Source: Psammoneis japonica
Lineage: Eukaryota
DNA: 64,000 bases
Assembly (NCBI GenBank): GCA_008632985.1
Contig: QPGO01000010.1
Location: 682,001-746,000, forward strand
Reading direction: 5' to 3'
The position numbers and the translations under genes are program-made. Position 1 is the stretch's first letter. Every line of letters begins with the position of its first letter. Shown here piece by piece: positions 35,795 through 47,929 of the stretch. The notes beneath the pieces were generated by a model. It was not told where the DNA came from. It did no database searches and saw only the letters and a list, made by a program, of their open reading frames with translations.

Positions 35795-38700
35795 AATGTT
35801 AAGACAGTTCTTAGGCAATTTAAGATTAAAGAGATTTTTATCACCGCTGTTCCCATCAACTATTCGTCGCAAATAATGATGGTCGGGCCAAAGACGAGAG
35901 TGAGAAAGTCGCACCAAAATGCAAGGTCACACGCGACCCGGTTCCGACGACAAAACTCGACTCATGATGGTCCGAATGAATTGGAATGGAGAAGGGCTTG
36001 AAGAGCTGGTGGAAGAAGACGAAGACAGTGAACGGCCAGTCGTAAGTTAAATCAGGACAACAAGTGTGAACTTGTATGGGCGGGAATGGCTTCGAAACAG
36101 ATGTTCTCGACTTACACCTTTCAATCCTGTGAAACTGCCGGTATGGCATGACGCATGCTACAGGTAGAAACCAAGAGTCGTCGTCAACGTTCAAAGTTAG
36201 GGAATGACGAACAAGATGAAGATGATGAAATCGTCATGATGGAGGAATGAAAGGCATTATGAGATGATGGCTGCCATGCGCTGACGCTATTCATCATCAG
36301 CACAGCAAAATCAAAGTCTCGTCGGTACCTAGTAGCGAATAGGATCCTTTCCTTCTCTGAGTAGGCCACACTGTAGCGACAAAGTATAATTGGACTAGAG
36401 AGAGGTTTTCGGTTTTCTAGTTCCCTTTCCCGACGTATTGTATGTAAGGTTAGGCCCTGCTACGTCGGGTGGTGGCGGCACGAAAAGTAGGGGCCCTATG
36501 CAACGACATCGCAAGCGCTACGACCGTCATCGCAGTCCATTGACGTACGTACGGAATGTCTTACACGCAAACAAGGATTACTATCTGGTGCTGTTAGTCT
36601 TTCTACTTCTATGTTGTAAAGGTTCAAAGTGTGTTTCAAATAGTTGAAACACGCCAACATCAAAAGTTGATGTAGAAATCGGTTGCGTAGGGTGACGTTG
36701 CCTCAAGAGCTCCATCAAAAGATGGCGCTCAAGCTTTTGCGTATCTTCAGAGAGAAAAATGTCACTCAAAAAAATGTAGAAGGGGGGACGTACTACGGAG
36801 ACAACAAGAAAACTTGCGAGTCAACCGCGTTCTAAATCAACACTCCCTGCGAGTGAAGACTTACCGCATCATGTCTTTGATACGACAGAACCCCAAACCT
36901 GTGTTCCGTCAACAGCATGATCTGCTCGGCGAGCTTTTGCTGCTTCACAGACGAATGCTGCTGCCTGTTTCAACAGCCGTGACCTGACGGGTCAAGTGAA
37001 CAGGCAACTTCCTGCGCTCAAAGACACGAGAGTGACATGGACTCAAGGCCGGAGAGACGCATTCGATTTGCCCCGACCTCTGGACTTAACTGGCAACACC
37101 TGCGCCGCCTAGAGACAACACTTCGTGCAAGCAAAACATGTTGTGGAACACCAAACAAGAGAAAGCAATTAGAGCCAGAGGAAGGGCGAGCCATCCTTGG
37201 GTATCGCTGCATTCCGGCTTGGCGAACAACAAACACATCGTGCCGCAAACGACGAGTTGTGATCGAAAGAGTGAGAGATTTTGTTTGTGTCGTGACCGTT
37301 GCTAAATATCTCATTCACTGTCACTTTTGTGAACCTTAGTAGAGATAATACTATCACTTCGTATGTAGAAATGTATTTTGAACTTGGTGCTGACAAAATT
37401 ATTACTAATTCCTACGTGGACCTTACGGTTGCCGTACAAAACGACAAAAAAACTGCTGCCGCCGATGACGGACGTCGTCGCCGTTGTCGAGGTCCGTCCG
37501 ACCGTCCGAGCACCATCAGAATGACGATAACTAACAGCGGCATGCGCACACGGCATGACGATGACATTGGATGTATTGTCGTAAAGCTCTGGATTGCATC
37601 ATCACAGCAGTCGATAGGATGCATTGGCGTGTTGTTTGTATCCATTATCAATTGACATTCCCTCCGAAGAAAACATGAAAAACGCAATCTTTTCCGTGGT
37701 GCGTTGAGTGTTGTTGAGCTTCTCAGAAAAAAGCACTTGATTGCAGCAAAGTGTGCTTTGCTCTGGTTCATCCTTCTGATCCTGTGCTGCTTTTACCTGT
37801 TTTTTAGTCGGCTTGCAATGTGGTTTGTGCTGACATCTGGAGAAGGCAAATGCTCCAGCTTGTTGGGTCTCTGGCACTTTGTTGTTCAGTTGTCATTGTT
37901 GGTTCACGCCTTGTGACTCACATTGTCAACAGTGCAACACTGCACTTCACATGGATGCAACTCACACGACCATGATTTGTGGAGTGTTGGGGTTCCCATC
38001 TGCGACATGATTGTTGGATGCACTAATTTCGTGATCGTTTGTCTGAACGCTTGTTGCTCTTGCATTCACTGGTTCTTGTCGCTGGTGTGAGTGACAAGTT
38101 TGCATCACATTTTTTAGTGTCAAACAAGCTCAAGGAGGATGGAAAGCTCAAGTCATTCCAGGACATGTGGAGATACAAAGATGCCATCATGTGGGGTGCC
38201 AAGATGGTGTCTGCTTGCTTGGAACTCTTCTTTGTGCTCATCAATTGAACCGTCTTTAGCAGAATCATGGCAATGCTTTGTTTTCGGGGCGGGCGTCGCA
38301 CGGCGAAAGAGTTGGCCACACCATGGCCTCACACTCTGCTGGTGCCAGAAGTGGAATGGTGACCAAACCAACTCAACCTGGTTTGTGTCCAATTGTTGGA
38401 TGCACTTCCTTTTGCACTGTTCCTGATCACAAGTGCAAAAACAAGCAATGCAACAAGTGCGTCCGCTGCTTGTGTGCGCAACATTGCAGCTTGACAAGTG
38501 CAGAGAGTGAGCTGAGCATGTGTTGTTCAATTGCGTGCAAAGGCAGTGACCAGTTGTTTTACATTTAATTGGTGCAGTGTCATTGTTGCATTTTGCTTTT
38601 ACAACGGGGTCACAAGAAGCACTGCCAGTGGTCGATTTGGTCTCCTTTTGGCGCCGACTGCCAATGTTGATTTGTCACTGGCAAAGGGGGGGAACATGGT

Positions 38701-38894
38701 GCTGCCAGCGCCTCTTCTGACTTAGAGAAAATTTTGGAAGCGCCGCGCACTTCGTCGCACCCCTGTGCAAGGGCTTCCATGGGATGCAGGTGGTTGTGGT
38801 GTGTGATGACATCATCACATGCGTTGAGTTGCATGTGTTCATGTTCTCACTGACAAACATGTGTCATCAAGCAATGACTCCCATCCCACAGAAC

Positions 38895-40488
38895 CCCCAA
38901 TTCTCTGGCCACCAAACACTGAGAGTGGCACTCGACCATTTTTCCTCTCTCACGCAACACACAAAAAGCACGCGTCAACAGAAGTCCACCATGATGATGT
39001 CGAGCAATTCATCATCAACACCTTGCCATGATGCGGCGCCTGTCGATGTGGTCCACAACGACTCTGGTGCATCAGCTGATGTGGCTTTTGCCACTGTTGA
39101 GTGTGCATCATTGGTGGCACTGCACAGTGACAACTTGTGCCTTCTTTCAACTGCTGCAGCGCCTGACACAGATGCTTCTGTCCACCACCCATCGTCCCCA
39201 ACACCAACTGACGATGCCACAAATGCCATCGATGTCTCCAAGATGCCTGTTGTGGCGGATGCTGCTGTTGCTCTGGTTGTCGTGACCCAACCACAGACGC
39301 ATTGCAACCCGGAAGATGTCAATTTTTCAACGCCAAAATTGGTCTGCGCCGGTCATTGAGTCTCCTGAATGACTCTCTTCCAAGTGGTTGCGTGAGGTTG
39401 CACACGGTGGTTCTGAGGGCATGGGGCTCAAGCGAAGAAGTGCGCAACTTTGCACAACACAAAAAAACAAAAGACAAAGTGTGAGGTCAAGGCAGCACTT
39501 GGCAACTCCACCATGCTCTCTTTTCTCCGTGACCCATTGTTGACGCATCCATTTCTTTGGGCTGGGGAATGAGAGGAAAGGCAGAGACAATGGCCAAAGC
39601 TGCCATTGTTTCATGGTGCAGAAGGACAAGAGGACAACAAACACCTGGCAGCCGCATTTGACAGGTCAGATGAAATGCCAAACTGGCACAATGTTCAATT
39701 CTGAAGCATTCTGCAAGTCACTTTGTTGCTTGGATTGCAATGACCAATCATTGGAAACAATCAACTGAGGGGAAGCAAACAAAAATGCTGTCCCACGAAC
39801 CGGCAATGAGATGTGCCACATTCTGTCAAAAAAACGTTCCGCGCGATTGTGATGTTTTGATGTTTCGTCCAAATGAAAGGAGGTGACCGGACCATGTTCT
39901 TGTTGTTGTGCAGCTCGTGTCATAATTTTGTGGCACTGATCAGAACCCAAGGATAAAAGAGGGACAACAGTGAGGATCATGCCACGGCGGCAGATGCCAA
40001 TGACGTCACGGACAAGGGATTTGCCTCCTCCCGTGTGGGTCGGACTGGCAACAATGGCTGGGCTTGTTGATTTTGTGTTGAAGCAAGTGGTTGGGAGCCA
40101 ACCTCAACCTGCCAACCACAAGGTTGCTTGCCAAAGACATCAACAGAGATGTCTGTGAAGGCCTGGGAGGAGGGTGCGGGTGGCGTTCTAGAGTTTGGGT
40201 TGACAGAAGCGTCTGTGTCAGGTGCTGCAGCAGTTGAAAAAAGGCACAAGTTGTCACTGTGTAATGCCATCAATGATGCACACTTGACAGCGGTAAAAAT
40301 CACATTGCCTGATGCAGCAGAGTCATTGTGGACAGCATCAATGGGCGCCGCATCATGGGAAGGCATTGACGATGCATCGCTCGACATCGTCATGGTGGGC
40401 TGTTGTTGACGCGTGATTTTTGTGTTGCGCGAGAGGTGAAAAATGGTCAACTCCCACCCTCAGTGTTTCGTGGCCAGAGAATTGGGGG
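38895..40488. mobile_element. Putative non-autonomous element with ~290-bp inverted arms (38895-39183 and 40199-40488)
   Basis: cccccaattctctggccac...gcctgacacagatgcttctgtc is matched in reverse complement by gacagaagcgtctgtgtcagg...gtggccagagaattggggg. No TSD identified. Confidence 0.7.
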
Positions 40489-40809
40489 AGAGCATGGATC
40501 AGGATTTTCCCTGATGCTGTGAGCATTTGTGTGCAAATGCCAAATTTCGTTAAACAATGCTGTGTGAAATTTTGGATGACATCTAAATTGCATCACCATG
40601 CCATCACATCTACACTCTTCCCTTGCACAGGGGTGACTTCATCACAGCAACGTGGGAGGCTTCATGCTTTGTGTCAATCAATGAAGCAATGGGTCTTGCA
40701 ATCGAGTGAGTCAATCTTACAGTGCTGCCACCGGTGACATCTTCGTTGTCAAGGTCCGAGCTCTGCAGAATTCTCCATGATGACATCGTCATGTGTGCCG
40801 GCCAGTCAT

Positions 40810-42457
40810 GTTGCAATGCTGGAAACAGGACCGTGAATTGTCGTGGGCATTGACAGCATTGGCTTCTTGTCACAATGACCATGTGGGGACCATCCATTTG
40901 TTTGTTCTCGGGGAATGCTTGCCCCTCCAACCACAAGAACGATGTCTGCAAGATCGTGGTGGGTGGCAGACATTGAAACATTCATGTCCACATCACATGG
41001 GTCTGAATCAGGGGCTGCCAGAACCACTGTGCAATTTCCAATTTTTTCCTCTGAAATCTTTTGCTCCTTTTCAGCCCTGCAGTTGTGTCTTTTGCAATGT
41101 CTTTTCAATGGTTTTGAACACAGCATTTTGAATTGTCACAAGTGAATCCATGGTGGCTGCAGTGCCGGATGCACTTGCTGTCAAATGTCTTGCCAAGAGG
41201 ACTGACACATCCACATTTTGTGATTTGCTGCCCTGAAATGGTCCATCAATTTCCAACAGGGTTTGGCAGACATGCTTGCATGAGAGATCCTTGAGGGACC
41301 TGCTGAGACATTGCCTGAGTCACAGCCTTGATTTCAGCATGTGCGGCCAACACCTCAGGGGTGTCTGCACTGGTGGCTTCTCTTCTTTGTGCTTGTTTTT
41401 CTTGTTGGCCACACACCTCAAGACTCCCTTGAGGCCTGTCAAAAATTGAAATGTCATGTCCTTCACAGTGTCGCCTGTGAAGGTGTTCTTAGCATGTGGA
41501 TGCCCTGCATGGGCTGAAACAACCATTCAAAGTGAAACCCATGCACTGATGAGAAACAAGCCCTGTTTGAACAGAGTGCTCAAAAGACAAGCCAGCACCC
41601 ATGCAACCAGTGTGCTGAACAGCCAACTTGTCACCCAAAACAATGGAAGCTCTCCATCTGACAACAACAACTCTCAACAACTCTTGACTTCTCCCTTTTT
41701 GGCTGACTCAAACAACTGTCTCACCTCTGACTGCAGCACTTGATGCCAGCTCAACAATGTTTTTGATGATGCTCATGTTTGACACTTCCAAAGAAAGATG
41801 AGAGGCTGGGGTCACTCTGTTTGATTGAGATGCTTGTCAACAATGGATGGCATTGCAGCTTGCTGTTGCAACACTGCATTGGACAAAGGTGGAAAAAGGT
41901 TTCCACACAAGTTGCAGCTCAGAACTTGAGTGGCACGACAGTTTGGACTGTTGTCATGCTCCTTCATTTCTTCCAACAAGCAAAGTGAAACCAACAAGTT
42001 GGCTTGAACCTTGTCAGGGTTGACAGGTTTCAACCAATCAGTCTCTGAGTCTGACCACAAAAAGCCCATGATGCAAATGGTTTCATTGCCTGAAGATTCG
42101 ATGCACCCACCAGTTTGGGCTGTTGCAGCCCATGATTTCTTTTGGAGAACCCACCAGCGCACTGCTGTCACAAGGTCTTGTGCTGCCTTTGGCTGCACTG
42201 AGCAAAAAGAATGACAATCAAGAAACGTGTGCAAGCTGCAGCACTTGAGTCTCTCATTCTGCACAGCTTTGGCTCAAGAACCCTGTTGCCTCTGCCAATG
42301 GGTTCAATGACGTCTGTTTTGGATGACAGCAACTCTTCTGCTTGATGTGTCCAACTTGTGTTTGTGAGCTTTCAAACCTTTCCAGCTGTGAAAGATCAAT
42401 TTCCAACCATGTTCTTTTTCTTGTTTTCACCCATCATGGGCAAGTTTTTCTGCATGA
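40810..42457. repeat. ~1.65-kb decayed interspersed repeat, copy 1 (copy 2 at about 57890-59528)
   Basis: Collinear similarity throughout; for example caggaccgtgaattgtcgtgggcattgacagcattggcttctt and gggttgacaggtttcaaccaatcagtctctgagtctgaccacaaaaagcccatg occur in both. Confidence 0.92.
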
Positions 42458-44006
42458 GATTTTGAGTGCAAGAAACAAGCTGCTCTGGAACATCCAGGAG
42501 TGCATCCTTTCAATCATTGATGTCATCCCATGACTCAGTCATGTGCTCTTCATCAACATTTGAAGCTGACGGATCTTCTGTCAAAGGAGAGGGGAGAGGG
42601 CTGATGGATCTTCTGTCATGGGAGAGGGGAGAGGGAGCAAAGGTGACTGGCTGAGAGGTGCCACCATGATCTTGATCATCAACTCTGCACCACACCTGGC
42701 TCAGCTTCTTGACCTGGTCACTTCATCCTCTTGTGTTGTGGCAGCCAAGAAGCATGACGGTCCCTCAGATGCAGTCAGAGGAGTGACAAAAAAGGTGTGC
42801 AGATTCTCTGCAGGATGACATCATGCATCTTTTTGGAAAATTGTCAATTTCCACATGGCAGGATGATCTCAAGTGAATCATTCACCTGGGCACCACATCA
42901 TGTTGTGCAACGCCATCTTCTGTTCCAGTTCTGTCATCATTCACATGGTGTGTCAACAATCCAGAAGTGGGTTGAAGCACAAACCACCAAGGGTGCCAGA
43001 GGGGCTCTTCTTGAGCACATCCCACATTGCATTTCCAGAGGACACCTTGAAACAGTGGCACCAATGAAGATGACCTTGTGGGCAAGGTTCCTTGCATTTG
43101 GTCCATTCTCAACACAGCTCTCTGGCTGACATGCAATGGTTTGCGAAAAAAAGTGACCGGCATGTTTCACTGCACAGCTCAAGTGCATGAAAAGACATCA
43201 AGAACAGCATGCCCAGTGTTCATGCAATGGAGCAACTGAAGGATTGCTGCCTGCTGCAGACTCCAAGCCAGCAAGGAGAGGACGTCCTTCGTGGGCCAGA
43301 CTGAGAGTCACTGCATGAAAGCAGGAGCAGTGACGCAGCACACAGGTTGGAGGATGGACAACAGATGAGACAAGTGGAACGAGGCCAGCCCAAGGGATCC
43401 CTCATTGTCTGGCAGGATGGGAGACACCATGGAACTGTCGAGGCATCTCCAAGGAGATGCCAACAATGAAAACAGATGGACTGGAGAGACGCTTCCACTG
43501 TGCCATGTCATCGGGTGGAGTGCAGACAGCCGAGGTGGTGGCAGGGCGGGCGGGCAGGCGGGATCAGAATCCGCGGGATTCCACACGGCCGGCCGGACGG
43601 AAAAAGCGCGGAAGGTTGCGCTGCAATGGGCACGCACGTGCGGTGCCACAGCAGACAGGTGCGGCATGCATGTGGGCTGGAAGATGGAAGATCATCGCTC
43701 GGACGTCGGGAGCATCAACCTCGCGATTACCAAATCGCTCGCTGACCAACTAACCCGCTACTCCACCAAACTACAATCGCAAACATCAAACCCCAACTCG
43801 AAATCCATCCCTTTTCCTACCTAGGGGTACATGACTCAGCACAGTTCCGCCCCATTGCCCCGCGTCTGTCCCTCCCACCGCGCCACTAGGTGACGTTGCA
43901 CGTGAACTTCTCACGCGCGCGTACTACTAGCTAGTAGTAGGTAGTTTCCCTAACCACTAAGTAAATACAGCAGTAACAACACACGATGAACACAGGTTGA
44001 ACAAGG

Positions 44007-45308
44007 ATGTTACGGCAGGTTGTCTTCTCCGCGTCTAAACGTGTTACCTGTGCACGATGGAGTCCTATGGCAAAAATGTCAAGTCGCTCCCTGGCGACTG
44101 TTCAGCATTATGAGAAGGAACATGCTCATGAATCTTTGGCTGCCAGAGCTTTGTTTTCTGCAGCTGTCGGTGTCGGATCGTGCTTTGCCGTTCAAGTTGT
44201 TGCATGTGACAATGCAGAGCCAGTTGAGACGGACTCGGATGTTGTCTCTCAGGAGAACAATCCGTTGTGGCCAGCGGGCGTTTCATCAGAAATGGTCAAT
44301 GGCTATGTGGATGAAATACTTGACAATCCAGACATCAACATCCAAACAATTCCCGATAGCATCGAACGCCTCATTTACATATCAACTGTTCGACTCACAT
44401 TGAATGCTTTGTATAGCTCGTTATCTACATTTCATGGAGAAGAAGTGTTGGGTCATCAGTTGAAGTTGGTGAAAACGGGCACTGGCAAGAAACTGAACCT
44501 CCATCACAGCACCCGAAAAATCAACGCGAAACAACTGGACGATTTGGCATCCAAGCTGTTGGGAAACAAGGCAGTCAATCAACGTTGGTTACCGGATCGT
44601 ATTGAAAGACAATTGTACACAAACTGCTTGAAGCTTGTCTTTTCTCTATTGGATACAATCGCGGACTCGCTTAGCATTTGCGTCTGTGGCCATGTTTTGT
44701 CTCTTAGCTTTGAACCACTCTTGCACGATGCAATCGATCAACAACTTGCCGCAGTAGATGACGACAAACCAACCAGACATTTGGAGCTAAACGAAGCTAT
44801 TCTGGAGGAGCTGGTTACCGAAACCATTCGAGAATCGCAAGATACCTTTGATGGTACATCCTTGGCTTCGTACTTGCCATTCTATGAATCATTCCTGCGA
44901 AATCTGCACAAGACTCTCTGTAAGTTGGTTTGTTATGTAGTGCGAGAGCATTTCACTTGACGCTACTGCTTATGCTACAATAATTCTGTACACTCCTTTC
45001 TTCTTCTAGTTAGTCTCATTCTCGGTATTATAAGTGACATGCTTTCCAAGACGGAGCTCGCCGTGCTGGAGGAACGAATTCAAATGTACCTTGTACCGAT
45101 GGAGATCGAAACTTGGAGAGCAAACAGAAACACTGCAGAAAATGCCGTAACCAAGCAACAGCAAGAAGAGCTGATTGCTCAGCTCAAAAAGGAGCTTGAA
45201 GAAGCCCACAACGCCGAGGCTAAGGCACGAAAGATAGCTGGTATGGGTTTGATGGTTGGTGCTGTTGCATTGACAGTGGCGGCATTCCTCCAGGTCGTAG
45301 AAAACTGA
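44007..45308 (+). CDS. Uncharacterised protein with a mitochondrial-like presequence, internal repeats, a coiled coil and a C-terminal TM anchor; 2 exons (44007-44919, 45010-45308)
   Basis: Normal TpA/CpG content. The GT-AG intron 44920-45009 joins the two ORFs in frame. Repeats ILDNPDINIQTIPDSIERLIY and LLGNKAVNQRWLPDRIERQLY. Confidence 0.8.
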
Positions 45309-45559
45309 GTATTATTCTTAAAAGAACCTTGTATCTACTCAGGGTTCATAGCTACCGTAGATGATATCCATCGAACGCAAAACTGCTGAACTCTGCGATA
45401 CTATGCCTCGCCTTTACTTGCGATTCAAACATGGCATTGTGGCTTGGTTCCCTAAATCCAATACACCCATTTCAAGCTGTTCAAAGTTGCCCAAGTCCCC
45501 ATCTGCGGGGAAGTTACCAGGAGACATTTCGTTTAGCATGTCATTTAAAGCTGCATTGG

Positions 45560-47015
45560 AAGCTGCGCTCCTTTTAAGGCTGATCCCACCTTTTTTGCTC
45601 AACACTTTCTCAATGGATCGCATCTTGATTTTCTACACTGACGATCTCATCCAGTTTGGATCAAATGAACACATTGAGAAGAAGTTCGAACAACTCATCA
45701 AGTCCAAGCATCATGTCACTTTTGCCAACGATGCACCATGGTTCCTGCAGATGCAAATTCATCAATGCGAGGATGGGTCCTTCTCTCTCAACCTGCATTG
45801 GCACTGACAGAACCTCTTTGCTTGCTTTCTCACTCCGGAATCTCCATGGGGCACTCCCAAGTTTCAGGACACCCTGCACCCTGGCACCCATCAATTGTGT
45901 GTGCTCCAAGACAAATTGTCCCCCCAGTCCAAGGCGGATGCAAAGGCCATTGCCACACTTAAGCCGACATTCTTTGGGCTGCTTGCAAGCTTGCCAAGGC
46001 TGTGCTGCACCTGGTGAAAAAGATTTTGACACTCTGGTTCACCCATTTGGCTGTCTATAAAAGCATCAAGACCTTGCCATCATGTTCTTCTTGGATCCCT
46101 CCAAGAGCCCAGTGTTTGCAATTTGCAAAGCTCGCAATGTCAGTCATTCTGATTGTGTTGTTTTCACAGTTGCAAGCTGGCAGGACTGCCCCGGTGCTGC
46201 AAGATCAACAGTCAGTTGTGTGGCTTTCTTCAATGGGGCAATTGTCAATGCCAACTCAACTGTCTCAACCCCTGTTGCAATGTCTTCTGCAGAATCCAAG
46301 TGGATGGGCATGGATGCTGGAGCAATGGCTGTTGCTCACATGTGCATGCTTGCCTGCAACTTCACTTGCCTTGGCACCAAGAAACACTCAACGAAATCCC
46401 AACGACTTGCCACCACTCCCACCCTTCTTCTGTTGGACAACAAGGCCACTCTTCAGATGGGCATCAATGACCAGCAGACCAAGCACACATGCCATGTCAA
46501 GCAACGTTTCCAACATGTCTGAGAAAGTCGCAGCAGGTGCGGTCATCACATCCCAGTTTGTGTCTCGGCAGAGACAGTCAACTCTTGCAGATGTTCTCAC
46601 TAAAACCTGAGTGGCCAAAAAGATCTGGATCATGTTTGATCATGCCCTTTGGTGTCTCTCTGCTCACATGACTTGTTCTTCCTGATTTCTCTTCACACAC
46701 ACATCAGATTCAAGGGGGGTGACAGGAATCGACCACAAACACGGTCAACATTAAAATCTCATGGCTGAACATCATGACAAATCAGCTGACAGTGACTGAA
46801 CTGTCTCTCACACGGGAATGATTTTTGCAAAGTTTGCTCCATGCTTTTTGACAGATCTCAATCACTTTTTGCTTCAGAGACCAGCTCTGAACATCTCACA
46901 ATGTCTGGAACATGCCATTTGTCCTGGTGTGGACCCCTTTTGGCTTGCTCCAACTGGCTTTGCCATTTGTCACCGGACTTGATCACCCTTTGTTTCTTTT
47001 GGTGAGACCTGCTCA
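45560..47015 (+). mobile_element. Decayed Ty1/Copia remnant: end of RT, RNase H, PPT (46712-46719) and a probable 3' LTR starting at 46720 (end uncertain)
   Basis: LIFYTDDL...WFLQMQI; FTVASWQDC..RST; VAMSSAESK; LDNKA; TKHTCHVKQRF; LADVLTK; then aagggggg-TG. Confidence 0.8.
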
Positions 47016-47929
47016 AGACTGGTTTGCTGTTAATTGGGCTTTGGCCATGGCATGATGGATTCTCCCATGTCCATGTCCATCATGACAAGCACAAGGAGGG
47101 TGCCACCCAACAGCAAACCAGGACCAGCGAGCAAATGGAGGCAGCCAAGAAAGGGAAGGGGCCCTGCTGCCATGGTGAGCATCAAAGCTGCCTGCATAAA
47201 AAAAAATAAACTTTGCCTTGATTGCCAACTTCTCCACCACCAGCAGACAGAAACTTGTTCACAAACCTTTCAACAACAACGATTGTTTGTTTTGAATTCA
47301 TCGTTCCCAAGTTGTTCACATTTTGAGCTGTCCTCAAGTGAGTTATCCAACACCACTGCTTTTTTCTTGTCTTTCGAGACCAAACACATAAAGGAGTGTA
47401 AGCCATCAAGCTTGATTGAATCTCTGGTGATGGACATGTTTCGAGTTGTGTGGCACAAAGGCAGTTGCAGCGGCAGCCAGGATTGCCACGGCCAGGAGGA
47501 GATTTTCTCTAAACATCCTCAATGTCTCTTTGGAGAGGCTGAATTTTATGGCATAAGGAGACTAGACTCGGGAAATTGATTAACATGGTGTCGAAGTAGA
47601 TCGAACAATGAGAATGGCTTTTCGCACCAATGCGTGGACGGAGAAAGCGGCAAAATGTGACCGTCGCGGCCAATCGAAATCGCTCTCGTACGCTCTCGCA
47701 TTGAATGTACGTTCACATATTTTCATAATATGGGTTCAACGATTTGAAAAATGCAAGCAGAAGCTAAGGTCCAACGCAAGTCTGGAGTTAGTTGCTATGC
47801 TGCCATCTTCACGAAACCATCAGAATCTTTCAACTTCTCGCTTTTGTGTTCGTCAATCGATTCAAAATATGTAATCTTTCACTAAAATAAGTTCACATGA
47901 AGGAGCACTTCCTTAGCGTTCGAATCGTC

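Noticed and set aside
35900..37650. Normal-composition stretch with short ORFs (36438-36647, 37037-37339, 37299-37655)
   Set aside because: No recognisable domain or consistent exon chain; left unannotated.
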